Notes: generated from the sequence alone by a model not told the origin. DNA of 64,000 nt from Alphaproteobacteria bacterium (GCA_964291215.2 OZ219790.1:2144001-2208000), one strand, 5' to 3'; counted from the stretch's first letter, positions 20,183 to 30,860 are shown. Numbers and translations: made by a program.

Positions 20183-21419
20183 AACCCGCGGTCCCGCGCG
20201 ACGCGACCTGGTTCCGCCCGCCTCGGTCGCGGCCATGCTCGCCTTTGGCGGCCTGCCACTCTACATCCACGCGCCGCGCTACTATGCCGAAGAGATGGGA
20301 GTCGGCCTCGCCACGCTCGGCCTCGCGATGCTGGCGGCGCGCGCGACGGACAGCCTGCAGGACCCCGTTATCGGTCGACTGGCGGACCGTTGGCGGCGCC
20401 ACCGGGACGCATGGGCTCTGGGCTCAGGTCTTTTGCTTGTGGCCGGCTTCGGCCTGCTGTTTTCACCGCCGGGATGGGGTGCGCCGCTGCCGCGTCTGAC
20501 CGTCGGTCTGCTGGCTGCCTTCACCGGCTTCAGTGCGCTGCAGATCGCGCTCTATGACCATGGCCTCGCACAAGCTCACGCGGCAGGCGGGGGCTACAAC
20601 CGGATCGCCCTCTGGCGCGAAGCCGGGGGGCTCTCCGGCGTCTGCCTCGCCGCTGCGGCTCCGGCCGTGCTCGGATCGGTCTTCGGCCCGGCCTATGCCT
20701 ACGCTGGCTACGCCGCCGCGTTCGGGCTCTTCTCCTTGGTCGCACTCGGACGGATGCGCGGCCGATGGCTGGCCTCCGGCAACTCCGGCCCGGAGGGCGG
20801 CTTCACCTACGCCCTGCGCGTCCCGGGCGTCGCGCCAGTCCTGATGTTCGGTTTCGTCAACGCCTTGCCAACCGCAGTGACTTCGACACTTTTCCTGTTC
20901 TTCGTTTCCGACATTCTCGCCGCCGAAACCCACGCAGGTCCCATGCTGTTGGTTTTCTTCGCTGCGGCGGCTGCAGCGGCGCCGGCCTGGGCACGGCTGG
21001 CCGACAGGATCGGGCGCAAGGCGGGGCTCGCGGCAGGCATGGCGCTTTCGGTCCCGGTCTTCGTCTGGGCCTGGATGCTGGGGCCCGGCGATATCGCGCC
21101 GTTCTACGCCATTGCCGCCGCCTCCGGCGCGGCGCTCGGCGCTGACATGACGCTGACGCCCGCATTGCTGGCGGCACGGATCCAGGCCAGTGGCGGGCTG
21201 GTGTTCTCGGTCTGGACGTTGCTCCAGAAGACCGCGCTGGCCTTCGCCGCCGGCGCAACCCTGCCGGTGCTCGCGCTTGCGGGATACGAGCCGGGAGCGA
21301 CCGGCGAGGAGGGGCACGCGGCACTCGCCGCGGCCTACGCACTGGTCCCCTGCGCTCTCAAGCTGGCCGCGATCCCGGTGCTGTGGATATTCGTCAACGA
21401 TGTGGGAGACGACGCGTGA
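20175..21419 (+). CDS. MFS transporter (RSP1089-like)
   Basis: About 12 hydrophobic segments; DSLQDPVIGRLADR and LADRIGRK motifs. Confidence 0.85.
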   Translation: MTETRGPARRDLVPPASVAAMLAFGGLPLYIHAPRYYAEEMGVGLATLGLAMLAARATDSLQDPVIGRLADRWRRHRDAWALGSGLLLVAGFGLLFSPPGWGAPLPRLTVGLLAAFTGFSALQIALYDHGLAQAHAAGGGYNRIALWREAGGLSGVCLAAAAPAVLGSVFGPAYAYAGYAAAFGLFSLVALGRMRGRWLASGNSGPEGGFTYALRVPGVAPVLMFGFVNALPTAVTSTLFLFFVSDILAAETHAGPMLLVFFAAAAAAAPAWARLADRIGRKAGLAAGMALSVPVFVWAWMLGPGDIAPFYAIAAASGAALGADMTLTPALLAARIQASGGLVFSVWTLLQKTALAFAAGATLPVLALAGYEPGATGEEGHAALAAAYALVPCALKLAAIPVLWIFVNDVGDDA

Positions 21420-21973
21420 GAACAAGACACTTCCCGGGCTCGGGCCTGCTGTTCGATCTCGGCGCACAGGGCGTTGGCGATTATGCCGACGCGACGCCGG
21501 TACTCGACCTTCGTGACTATCTGAACGGGCCGCTGACCGCTTCGGGCGTGTTCTTCGGCCTTTCCGGCCGGGCCGAACGGCGCTTCACCGTCGACATGGC
21601 TGGGCGCTGGTCAGGTAGCAAGGGCAGGCTCGAAGAGTACTTCCGCTACAACGACGGCGAGATCGGCCGCCGTCGCTGGGACCTGACCTTCCGCGACGAC
21701 AGAACCTTCACCGCAACCGCGCATGATGTCGAAGGCATGGCTGAGGGCGCACAGTGCGGCAACGCGGCCGTGATGCACTACCGGCTGCGAGTGCCAAGAG
21801 CGAAAGGCGATATCGTCGTCAGTATGGAGGACTGGTTCTACCTCATGGACGACGGCACGCTTATCAACCGGGCGCGCATGTCCAAATTCGGGCTCAAGGT
21901 CGGCGAGCTGTGTGTCTCCTTCCGCAAGCGCGACGCCGGAGAGACCTCCGTCGCGCCGGCGGATCCGCCGTGA
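21416..21973 (+). CDS. DUF3833 family protein (RSP1088-like)
   Basis: LDLRDYLNG, RRFTV, EDWFYLMDDGTLINRARMSKFG motifs. Confidence 0.82.
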   Translation: MRTRHFPGSGLLFDLGAQGVGDYADATPVLDLRDYLNGPLTASGVFFGLSGRAERRFTVDMAGRWSGSKGRLEEYFRYNDGEIGRRRWDLTFRDDRTFTATAHDVEGMAEGAQCGNAAVMHYRLRVPRAKGDIVVSMEDWFYLMDDGTLINRARMSKFGLKVGELCVSFRKRDAGETSVAPADPP

Positions 21974-22749
21974 ACCGGCTCGCCGGCAAGCGCTTCTGGC
22001 TGGTCGGCGCCAGTGCCGGCATCGGCCGGGAGCTTGCCCTGCGGCTGGCGCAGGAGGGAGCCGCCGTCGCCGTTTCGGCGCGCGACGCAGTGGCGCTCGC
22101 CGGCTTGCTCGACAAGATGACGCCCGCGCAAACCATCCTCGGCGGCCACTCTGCAGTACCGTTCGATGTTACCGACAGCGCCCACACCTTGCAGGCGTTC
22201 GACTGCGCGGGCCCGGTGGACGGCGTCATCTACTGCGCCGGCGCCTACGAGCCGATGTCGGCGCGCAGGCCCGACCTGGACGCGCTTGAGGAGATCGTCG
22301 ACGTCAACCTCACCGGCGCCCTGCGCGTCCTGGCGGCCTGCGTACCGACGTTCTGCCGGCACGGATGCGGACATATCGTGTTGCTCGGCTCACTCTCCGG
22401 ATATCGCGGATTGTCCCACGCCTGGGGGTATGGTGCGACCAAGGCGGCACTGATCCATCTCGCCGAGAACCTGCGCTGCGACCTTCGCGGATCGGGCATC
22501 ACGGTGCAGGTCTGCAACCCGGGTTTCGTGGCCACCCGGTTGACCGACAAGAATCGGTTCGAAATGCCGTTCATCATGACCCCGAAAGCGGCGGCCGACC
22601 GGATCGTGCGCGGTATGGCGCGGGGCCGGTTCGAAATCGCCTTTCCCTTCACCATGATGGCGGCGCTGAAGCTTCTCGCAGCGCTGCCGCGGCCGGTCTA
22701 TTTCGCGCTACTGGCGCTTGCTGCCGGCAAACCGGACGAAACTCCGTGA
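21970..22749 (+). CDS. Short-chain dehydrogenase/reductase (RSP1087-like)
   Basis: WLVGASAGIG and YGATK motifs, NPGFVAT. Confidence 0.88.
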   Translation: MNRLAGKRFWLVGASAGIGRELALRLAQEGAAVAVSARDAVALAGLLDKMTPAQTILGGHSAVPFDVTDSAHTLQAFDCAGPVDGVIYCAGAYEPMSARRPDLDALEEIVDVNLTGALRVLAACVPTFCRHGCGHIVLLGSLSGYRGLSHAWGYGATKAALIHLAENLRCDLRGSGITVQVCNPGFVATRLTDKNRFEMPFIMTPKAAADRIVRGMARGRFEIAFPFTMMAALKLLAALPRPVYFALLALAAGKPDETP

Positions 22750-23981
22750 TCGCCCCGGTCGGCAGGCCTGGCTTTTGCCGGGATTCGGTCGAGGCTGGCT
22801 TGGCCCTGCCGCGGCGGCTTCGGATCTTCCGGTCGATCCTGAACCGCATCGAACGCGGAACCATCGATGTCGAATTGCCCGACAGGAGACGGTTCCGGGC
22901 TTTCGGAGGCATGCCCGGCCCGCACGGCGAAATCGTTGTTCTCAATCCGAAATTCTTCAGGCGATTGCTGATGGAGGGCGATCTGGGGTTCGGCGAGATG
23001 TTCATGGATGGCTGGTGGACGACACCCGACCTCCAGAGTCTGCTGGACGTCATCATGCTCAATAACGAGAACATGGCGCACCGCTTCCCCGGCGCCGGGC
23101 TGTTCCGACTGCGACAGCGCCTCCGCCATTGCCTGAACGCCAATAGCCGAAAGGGATCGCGGCGCAATGTCGCATACCATTACGATCTGGGCAACGCCTT
23201 TTACGGCCTGTGGCTCGACGACACCATGACCTATTCCTCGGCCCTGTTCCGCAACGGACGGGAGAGCCTCGCCGAAGCGCAGCGGAACAAGTATGAGGCG
23301 ATCTGCGACCGGCTCGCGCCGGCGCCCGGCGACCGGATTCTCGAAATCGGCTGCGGCTGGGGCGGCTTTGCCGAATACGCCATCAGGGAACGCGGCGTCC
23401 ATGTTATCGGGCTCACTGTCTCGCGCGAGCAACGGGACCATGCTCAGCGACGGCTGTTCGAAGCAGGCTTGGCCGAGCGGGCGGATATCCTCCTGCACGA
23501 CTGGCGCGACGAGCGCGGCGCCTATGACGGGATCGTCTCGATAGAAATGATCGAGGCGGTGGGAGAAAAATACTGGCCAGCCTATTTCCTGACGTTACGC
23601 GACCGACTCGGGCAGGGCGGCATTGCGATACTCCAAGCAATCACGATAGCAGACCGCCTCTTCCCACAATATCGTACCAAGGTCGATTTCATCCAGAGGC
23701 ACATCTTTCCGGGCGGGATGCTACCGAGCTCTGCGGCGCTCCGGGCCCGGGCCGAAGCGGTCGGTCTCCGGACGATCGGGGCCGAAGGTTTCGCAACCAG
23801 CTACTCCCGTACGCTGCGCACGTGGCGCCATCGATTCAATACCCGCTGGGACCGGATCGCGGCCCTTGGATTCGATGACCGGTTTCATCGCATGTGGAAC
23901 TTCTACCTTGCAGCAAGCGCCGCAGGCTTCGCTGCAGGAACCACGGATGTCGTCCAGATTGCCTATCGCAGGCCTTCCTGA
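22746..23981 (+). CDS. Cyclopropane-fatty-acid-synthase-family SAM methyltransferase (CfaS/UfaM-like)
   Basis: HYDLGNAFY..WLD..MTYSSA, LEIGCGWG, SIEMIEAVG and FIQRHIFPGG motifs. Confidence 0.9.
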   Translation: MIAPVGRPGFCRDSVEAGLALPRRLRIFRSILNRIERGTIDVELPDRRRFRAFGGMPGPHGEIVVLNPKFFRRLLMEGDLGFGEMFMDGWWTTPDLQSLLDVIMLNNENMAHRFPGAGLFRLRQRLRHCLNANSRKGSRRNVAYHYDLGNAFYGLWLDDTMTYSSALFRNGRESLAEAQRNKYEAICDRLAPAPGDRILEIGCGWGGFAEYAIRERGVHVIGLTVSREQRDHAQRRLFEAGLAERADILLHDWRDERGAYDGIVSIEMIEAVGEKYWPAYFLTLRDRLGQGGIAILQAITIADRLFPQYRTKVDFIQRHIFPGGMLPSSAALRARAEAVGLRTIGAEGFATSYSRTLRTWRHRFNTRWDRIAALGFDDRFHRMWNFYLAASAAGFAAGTTDVVQIAYRRPS

Positions 23982-24280
23982 ACGGTGTCCCTGCCGGAAA
24001 TTGGCAGCACTCTCGATCGGGCTTACGGCTGCACAGTCGCCGCTCGGCCATGCGCTCGCGACCATGACGCTCATATTCGTCTTCGACAGCCCAGGAAGGA
24101 GTGTGTTGCCGTGAAAATGGTTATGAATCGGCCAAAAACACGCTCCCCGCCACAGTAATGCTCCCGAGGTGCGCGATAATCGCCATCTGCGGCACCCATC
24201 TTGCGAACCGTGATCGACAGACAACCGCGTACAAGCCCGAAGTCTCCCGCCCGCACAGCGGCGCCTGTTCTCATGATACG

Positions 24281-24611
24281 TGTGAATCGGCATGCAAAAT
24301 TGACCCGCTTGGGTGGGTTATGAGCGCGTAAAATTGCACACCTGTTTTCGTTAACATCCGCACAGAAAGTGCGGAGGAAAGAGCAGGTGTTATTGATGGT
24401 GCCGAAGATCCGACGGTTGGTTGAGGGGCGCAGCATCCGGTCTGTTGCGCGGACGACGGGATTATCGCGGAACACGATCAAGAAGTAGGATGGGAGCCCG
24501 CCGACAGCGCCAGGCACCGTCGGTTCGGCACAAGCTGTGCAACGGGTTTGATTTTCGGTTTCAGGAGCTCAGGACCAGAAGCGGCCGCGCCGGGAGCGGG
24601 GCCCAGAAGCT
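24281..24611 (+). mobile_element. IS21-family left end and istA stub
   Basis: TGTGAATCGGCATGCAAAATTGACCC end; KIRRLV.G.SIRSVARTTGLSRNTIKK helix-turn-helix. Confidence 0.7.
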
Positions 24612-24615
24612 CTAG

Positions 24616-25747
24616 TAGTCCACCGGCATTGTATTGATGGTTTTTGGTGGGCAGTATTTCCGTGTCGGCGTTCGTTGGAATCCGGACAGTGCCGATATCC
24701 ACACGGGCAGATGCCGAACAGGCAGGCAGCCCCATGCGCAGGTCCGGACAACGGGCATGCCCGCAGGTCTTCGGGGCAATGACAGGAGCGTGGCCAACTC
24801 TCAGGGCAGGAAGCTCTACCGGATAACCCTTTCGGCGCAGGAGCGCCGGGATCTGAACGGGCACCGGGGGCACAGGTCCTGATGCTGAGGGGCGCTTGTC
24901 GATGCCGACATTGCGCAAGGGCATCGGCACGGCGACGGTCGAACGCTTGCGCAAGCGCTGCGTCCTGGAGGGGGCCGCCCTCAGCCGCAAGGAGCAGGTG
25001 AACCGTCGGCCGAAACGGGGGCGATGGAGGCGAAGCTGGTCTCGTCCCCGCCCGAGGGCTATGGACGCTGCTTGCCGGCCGTCCGGTGGAGATCGTCGAG
25101 CGCATTTCGGAAGAGACGGTCAGGAAGACGCTAAAAAAAGAGATCAAGCGGTGGCTGAACTGGTGCATTCCACCGCACCGGAGCGCACGGTTCGTGGCGG
25201 CGGACGTGCTTGACATTTGTCAGCGGGACTTTGCCGGGAACGAGGTGCTGAGACCAGCCGGCAGCAGACGAAGGACCCCCCCCCCGGTCAGCCGGAGGTG
25301 GTCGACCATGAATATGAACGCAACGGCCAACCTCTTCATGGCCTTTGCGCCCAACGAGAACTGGCGCGCGGTGAAAGTCACCGACCGCCGCGGGACCGGG
25401 CGCACTTCATCCGGGAGCTTGCCGACGACCATTTCCCCGACAGCGTGCTGGACAATCTGAACACGCACAGTCACTGTATGAAGCCTTCGAGCCCGAGGAG
25501 GCGGGTGCGAAAGCGGTTCGAGTTTCGCTACACGCCGAAGCTGGCTCAACATGGCCGAGGTCGGTGCGCTGTCGCGGCAGTGCCTTCGGCGACGCATTCC
25601 CGACCGTGACACCATGCGGCGGGAGACGGCAGCATGGGTGGAACGGCGCAATGCGGCCGATGTCACTGTCGACTGGCGTTTCACGACGAAGGATGCTCGG
25701 ACGAAACTGAAGTCACTATATTCCTCAATACAATAATGTAAAACTGC
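24616..25747 (+). mobile_element. IS630-family element (second subfamily), frameshifted
   Basis: Follows CTAG; EIVERISEETVRKTLKK, VDHEYERNG, VLDNLNTH and WLNMAE..DWRFTTKDAR motifs. Confidence 0.85.
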
Positions 25748-25866
25748 TGGGCTGGCGGAGAAATCCTCAATGCGCTAACCTTCACCTTGGACCAGTCGAC
25801 GGGGGCAGGTCAGTTCTGTCCGCCGACGCCGGACGGCCCGCCGAAACGCTGAAACAGGAGGCTAAC

Positions 25867-26604
25867 ATGACGACATTCGTGCTGATTCACGGCGCTTGGC
25901 ACTATGGTGCGCTGTGGGAGGAGGTTGCGGAACCGCTGCGCAAGGCCGGACACACCGTCCACACCCCGACGCTCGCCGGCAACGGCCCCGGCGACGGCAT
26001 CGACCGGACCGTCGGGCACAGCGACGCCGTTAAATCTGCCATCGACTATGTCGTGGAAAACGACCTGAAGGATTTCGTGCTCCTCGGCCATTCCTACGGC
26101 GGCACGATCGTCTCCCGGATGGCGGAGGAATTGACGGACCGCATCCGTCGGCTGATCTACTGGAACGCCTTCGTGCTGAACGACGGCGAATCGATCGAAG
26201 CGGTCAGCCCGCCACATTACAAACAATTGATGGATTCGATCGCGGCCTCCGGGGCCTACGGCCCGGGCGCCGTCAAATTGCCGTTCCCGGTGTGGCGCGA
26301 GGCGTTCATGAACGATGCGGACCTTGCGCTCGCCCAGAAGGCCTACGAGCTGACGACACCGCACCCACAACGCACGCTGACCGACCAAGTGGCGCTGAAA
26401 TCCTTCCACAAACTGCAGATCCCGCGCTCCTACATCAACTGCATGGAAGACATCGCCATGCCGCCGGGAGACTTCGCCTGGCATCCGCGGTTCACGGCGA
26501 GGCTGGGCCTGTGCCGGCTAGTGCAGATGCCGGGCGGGCACGAGGCGTGCTTCACCAATCCGGAACTGCTCGCCGCCAAGATCGTTGAAGCGGGCCGGGA
26601 CTGA
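25867..26604 (+). CDS. Alpha/beta hydrolase (methylesterase-like)
   Basis: FVLIHGAWH, LLGHSYGG nucleophile elbow, GGHE; RBS AGGAGG. Confidence 0.88.
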   Translation: MTTFVLIHGAWHYGALWEEVAEPLRKAGHTVHTPTLAGNGPGDGIDRTVGHSDAVKSAIDYVVENDLKDFVLLGHSYGGTIVSRMAEELTDRIRRLIYWNAFVLNDGESIEAVSPPHYKQLMDSIAASGAYGPGAVKLPFPVWREAFMNDADLALAQKAYELTTPHPQRTLTDQVALKSFHKLQIPRSYINCMEDIAMPPGDFAWHPRFTARLGLCRLVQMPGGHEACFTNPELLAAKIVEAGRD

Positions 26605-26959
26605 CAGCAGGCGCAGCCCGTCCCACGACGGGCGCCTCGAGCATCGCCGCCTTTCGTTTCCCCGGGCGCCGCCGCCTCACCCGCTCTGCCCATCAAACAC
26701 ATTTCCCGGTCGACTCGCTGATTTGTTCGCGCTATCGTGGCGCGCATGGATGGTCCTGTTTCGATTCCGAGCGCGCTTTCCTCGGCGGAAGGCCTGAAGA
26801 AGCTGTTGCGGCTACACCATCAGGTTTGCCTCGGTGTCCGGTGAAACGTTTCATTCTAAATCGATTCCGCTGCTGCTTGCCCGCTTCCGCAGGCCCTTTC
26901 GTCTCCATCGTGCATCCCACAGCGACGGAGTGGGATTTGCAAGACCCAAGCGGTCGCTC

Positions 26960-27545
26960 GCATTGGAGGTTTGGAGACATCGATAACACAGATCGATATT
27001 CTGAACTTTTCATCGGAAGAAAGCGTGTCGCACAACTGGCTCTCAAGATCAGCTGCGCTCTTCGGACGCCCCCATATCCAGTGGTCGGGCTGCAACCTTC
27101 TGTGTCTCCGAACCAGAACACAAGGTATATGCCGTAACCGTGTGCTCGGGGATCCGAGGTATAGTTGGCGAACTGGTCCCTGATGGCGCTTCATAGCTTG
27201 CTGTGACAGCTTTGCTTGATTTCTATCGGAACGTGGAAGTTGCCGTACGCAACCCTAATGTCGGATCGCTTGTCATTGACATGGCAGCTTTCGGCCCAGA
27301 CGCGGATATCCAGCCAAGCCAAATGATTCTCCAGGTCGGGCAAGAGATAACCCCAGCATGCGCTTTCCGGTTTCGGCCGCAGAGGTCGATTGTATCAGTC
27401 CACGTTCCAGTACTTCCGCCAGTTCGATGTATCGCTGGCGCGGACATTCCTGGAAATGCCCGTCAACGCTTCAACCGTCAGCGCGGCAAGGTCAGCCGCG
27501 TTTGCCGGGCTGCGATTTTCGAGCACCTTGATCACGCGTTCACAA
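26960..27545 (-). pseudogene. Decayed PD-(D/E)XK-like nuclease domain resembling the C-terminus of large NACHT/STAND proteins
   Basis: Manual translation through two stops: PANAADLAAL..WRKYWNVD*..PKPESAC..DKRSDIRV..VPIEIK..L*SAIRDQ..YTSDP.AHGYGIYLVFWFG..ISICVIDVSKP. Confidence 0.6.
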
Positions 27546-27629
27546 TCACGATGGCAGAAGCCGGCTTCTCGCCAGATAGCATTCAGGCCGCGATCCGTTG
27601 CGTCGGCGCCGCTTTGCCCTTGCCGATAA

Positions 27630-27831
27630 AGGTCAAGATCAAGGTGTCCGGATGCTTCCGAACCCGCCTCCACGCCGAAATCTGGTGCCGAATCTCAAGC
27701 TATCTCACCTCCATGGCCGCACGCGGCCACAACCCACTCGTCGCCATCCAGATCGCACTCGCCGGAAACGCCGCCGACATTATCAAAATGCATAACGCCA
27801 AACCCGCCTCTGCGGACGGGTGAGCAGATAC
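27630..27831 (+). mobile_element. IS66 subfamily A-like right-end remnant
   Basis: KVKIKVSGCFRT..SYLTSMAARGHNPLVAIQIAL and GGGTGAGCAGATAC end; similar to 9660-9849. Confidence 0.75.
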
Positions 27832-28033
27832 GAAGAATGTGCCGATTTCGCGAACACCAAAGCAATGATCAGTGCCACATGAGGATTTTCTTTCATCTGG
27901 GCATTCTCTTAGGAAGCCCATGCAGGCGAGGATATAGTATTCGGCATCATCTCCATGAGGGCGTCAAGATTGGGCACCTTGGTTCAAAGCTGGTCGGTGA
28001 CTGGTTTGCAGACCAAATGTACGCGACGTTGCT

Positions 28034-28868
28034 AGGTTGTGGACTCAAATAATTGGTTTGCGATTCTGCGGAGCAAGAATCGGCTGGCAGCCAGTTGCAC
28101 GGCGGAGAGGAAGTTCCTTGTCATAACGGGTCCGTCGGAACTCCTTGATCTTACCGAAGAACCGCTCGACCAGGTTGCGCATCCTGTAGATCTCGCGGTC
28201 GAGCGGTCGTGGCGATGTCCGGTTGGATTTCATGACCGCGGTTGCTCCTGCCGTCTCGATCAGATGGCGTCGGTGTCGTAGGCCTTGTCGCCGACCACCG
28301 TCTCGCCCGAGGTCGGCGAGAAGCGCCTGCGCGCAGTCGGCCGCTTGGCCCGGGCACGGTCTTCACCCTCTCGTTCTCGCCAAGATGGACCTTCGTCGTT
28401 CGTCCGCCACGGCTCACTGCGAAGGCTCGTCGTCCCGGGACGCCCCAGCTTGTGAACGCGCACCGACGAGGAGTCGACCATGCGCAGGTGAACCGAGCCG
28501 GGCGGGCCATCGTCGCTCCCGTCATCATCGCTCGTAAGCCTTTGAAGCTTCTCCATGATCGACGCCCAGGCGCCGTTCTTGCTCCACCGGTTGAAGCGGT
28601 TGAAGCAGGTCGTGTACGGACCGTAGCGCTCCGGCAGATCGCGCCACGGCGTACCGGTGCGAAGCACGAAGAATATCCCGTTCATGGCCCTCCGGTCATG
28701 CACCCGCTCCGGGCCCTGGTGCTTGTCAGGAAGCACCGAGCGGAGAACTTCCCATTCCGCGTCGCTCATGTCGTGTCGGTCGCCGCTCATCCTTCACTCT
28801 CCTTGTGAATCGCTTTCGACAAGAATAAGGCAGATCATGCAAAATGTCAACATTTGGGTACACAACCT
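28034..28868 (-). mobile_element. IS5-family (IS427-like) element, frameshifted
   Basis: Ends AGGTTGTGGACTCA / TGGGTACACAACCT in CTAG context; RTGTPWRDLPERYGPYTTCFNRFNRW, GDKAYD and YRMRNLVERFF motifs. Confidence 0.88.
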
Positions 28869-28870
28869 AG

Positions 28871-29999
28871 TAGTCTGACATTATTGGATTGACGAATATA
28901 GAGACTTCAGTTTCGTGCGGGCATCCTTCGTCGTGAAACGCCAGTCGACAGTGACATCGGCCGCATTGCGCCGTTCCACCCATGCTGCCGTCTCCCGCCG
29001 CATGGTGTCTCGGTCGGGAATGCGTCGCCGAAGGCACTGCCGCGACAGCGCACCGACCTCGGCCATGTTGAGCCAGCTTCGGCGTGTAGCGAAACTCGAA
29101 CCGCTTTCGCACCCGCCTCCTCGGGCTCGAAGGCTTCGCGATGCGGGGCTGTGCGTGCTCAGATTGTCCAGCACGCTGTCGGGGAAATGGTCGTCGGCAA
29201 GCTCCCGGATGAAGTGCGCCCGGTCCCGCGGCGGTCGGTGACTTTCACCGTGCGCCAGTTCTCGTTGGGCGCAAAGGCCAGGAAGAGGTTGGCCGTTGCG
29301 CTCATATTCATGGTCGACCACCTCCGGCTGACCGGGGGGGGGGGGGGGGGTCCTTCGTCTGCTGCCGGCTGGTCTCAGCACCTCGTCCCCGGCAAAGTCC
29401 CGCTGACAAATGTCAAGCACGTCCGCCGCCACGAACTGTGCGCTCCGGTGCGGTGGAATGCACCAGTTCAGCCACCGCTTGATCTCTTTTTTTAGCGTCT
29501 TCCTGACCGTCTCTTCCGAAATGCGCTCGACGATCTCCACCAGACGGCCGGCGAGCAGCGTCCACAGCCCTCGGGCGGGGACGAGACCAGCTTCGCCTCC
29601 ATCGACCCCGTTTCGGCCGACGGTTCACCTGCTCCTTGCGGCTGAGGGCTGCGTCCAGCCCCTCCAGGACGCAGCGCAAGCGCTCGACCGTCGCCGTGCC
29701 CGGCGCAATGTCGGCATCGACAAGCGCCCCTCAGCATCAGGATTTGTGCCCGGCGCCCCCGGTGCCCGTTCAGATCCCGGCGCTCCTGCGACGAAAGGGT
29801 CACCCGGTAGAGCTTCCTGCCCTGAGAGTTGGCCATATGCGCCGCTCCCGTTGTCCGGACCTGTCCGGTGCGCATGGGGCTGCGGCTGCCTGCCCGTTCG
29901 GCATCTGCCCGTGTGGATATCGGCACTGTCCAGATTCCAACGGATGCCAACACAGGAATACTACCCACTAAAAATCATCAATACAATGTCGGTGGACTG
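28871..29999 (-). mobile_element. IS630-family element, inverted copy of 24616-25747
   Basis: Near-identical translation and ends, bounded by CTAG. Confidence 0.85.
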
Positions 30000-30009
30000 C
30001 TAGGGGCTT

Positions 30010-30074
30010 TGCGCCACAAAAGGTGGGGCAAATTCAAACGCTGAAACCGGGTCAGTTTTGAACGCTCATTGGCA
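30010..30074. mobile_element. IS21-family terminal repeat remnant
   Basis: GGGTCAGTTTTGAACGCTCATTGGCA with internal repeat GGGCAAATTCAAACGCT. Confidence 0.55.
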
Positions 30075-30169
30075 TCACGATACGGGGCAATTGACCCGCC
30101 CGATCATCATGGTAAGCGTTCCGTCGGCCCATGACGGGCGGTAAGTTTTGGGACTTGCACAGAAAGTTT

Positions 30170-30860
30170 GACGAGTTTTCACGCTGCCGCTTTCCGTGCG
30201 TCTTCGCGGTTCACGGGCCGGGTAGCCCCGCCGCCTCCCCGCGCGGTCGCCCTGGATCCCAGGGCCAGTATGTTCGCCGCCGCATTGAGGTCGGCGTGGT
30301 CGACACGACCGCAGGCCGTGCATTCGAACAGGTTCCCGGGTCTCGCGCAACCCGGCATGGCCGCAGGCGGCGCAGGTCCGGGTGTTGTTGCGCAGGCCCA
30401 CCGCGACCACGGCCTTGTAGTCCAGCATCAGACGTTCTGATCTCGTGAGTTGACTTGATCAGTCCGCCCCCCCTTTCTTTTTTCAACAAAATGAACGATT
30501 TCCCCGATTTTTTGCTTGACAACATAGCCATGTGATAATCTAATATAATTTGATGCTTATAATTGGATAGTCTTGGCCATGAACACGCCCGCGATGCATC
30601 CTCCTGAAGCCGTCCGGATCGGAACCTCGTGCTTTTCCCTTGCCGACATCGTCAGACTGCTCGACGAACTCAACCGAACGTGCGCGGTCTTCTCCGGAAC
30701 CGGCCTCCGCATGATCTACGAACTTCTAGACAACGCACGCGAACTCGGCCCCGAAGCATCACGCTGATTGGGAAAATCGAAGCCGAGATCAGGACATCTG
30801 AGCATGGCGCGGAACGCGCACCAGCTCGTGTCCTGGACGGTCCTGTTAAGGCTGATCTTC
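30170..30860 (-). pseudogene. tnpB: IS200/IS605-family tnpB C-terminal remnant split by a MITE
   Basis: Removing 30429-30805 joins LNRTVQDTSWCAFRAML to DYKA..TRTCAACGH..FECTACGRVDHADLNAAANIL (zinc ribbon + RuvC-III). Confidence 0.75.
30429..30800 (+). mobile_element. MITE family 2 with 17-bp TIRs and 5-bp target duplication
   Basis: CAGACGTTCTGATCTCG / CGAGATCAGGACATCTG; AGCAT at 30424-30428 and 30801-30805. Confidence 0.85.

Noticed and set aside
27582-27628. ~45-bp inverted match to 31144-31190
   Set aside because: Explained as a scrap of the same IS66 tnpC 3' end.
29335-29350. Long poly-G inside IS630 as a programmed switch
   Set aside because: The sister copy has a shorter run near 25276 and both copies are multiply frameshifted, so no function can be supported.
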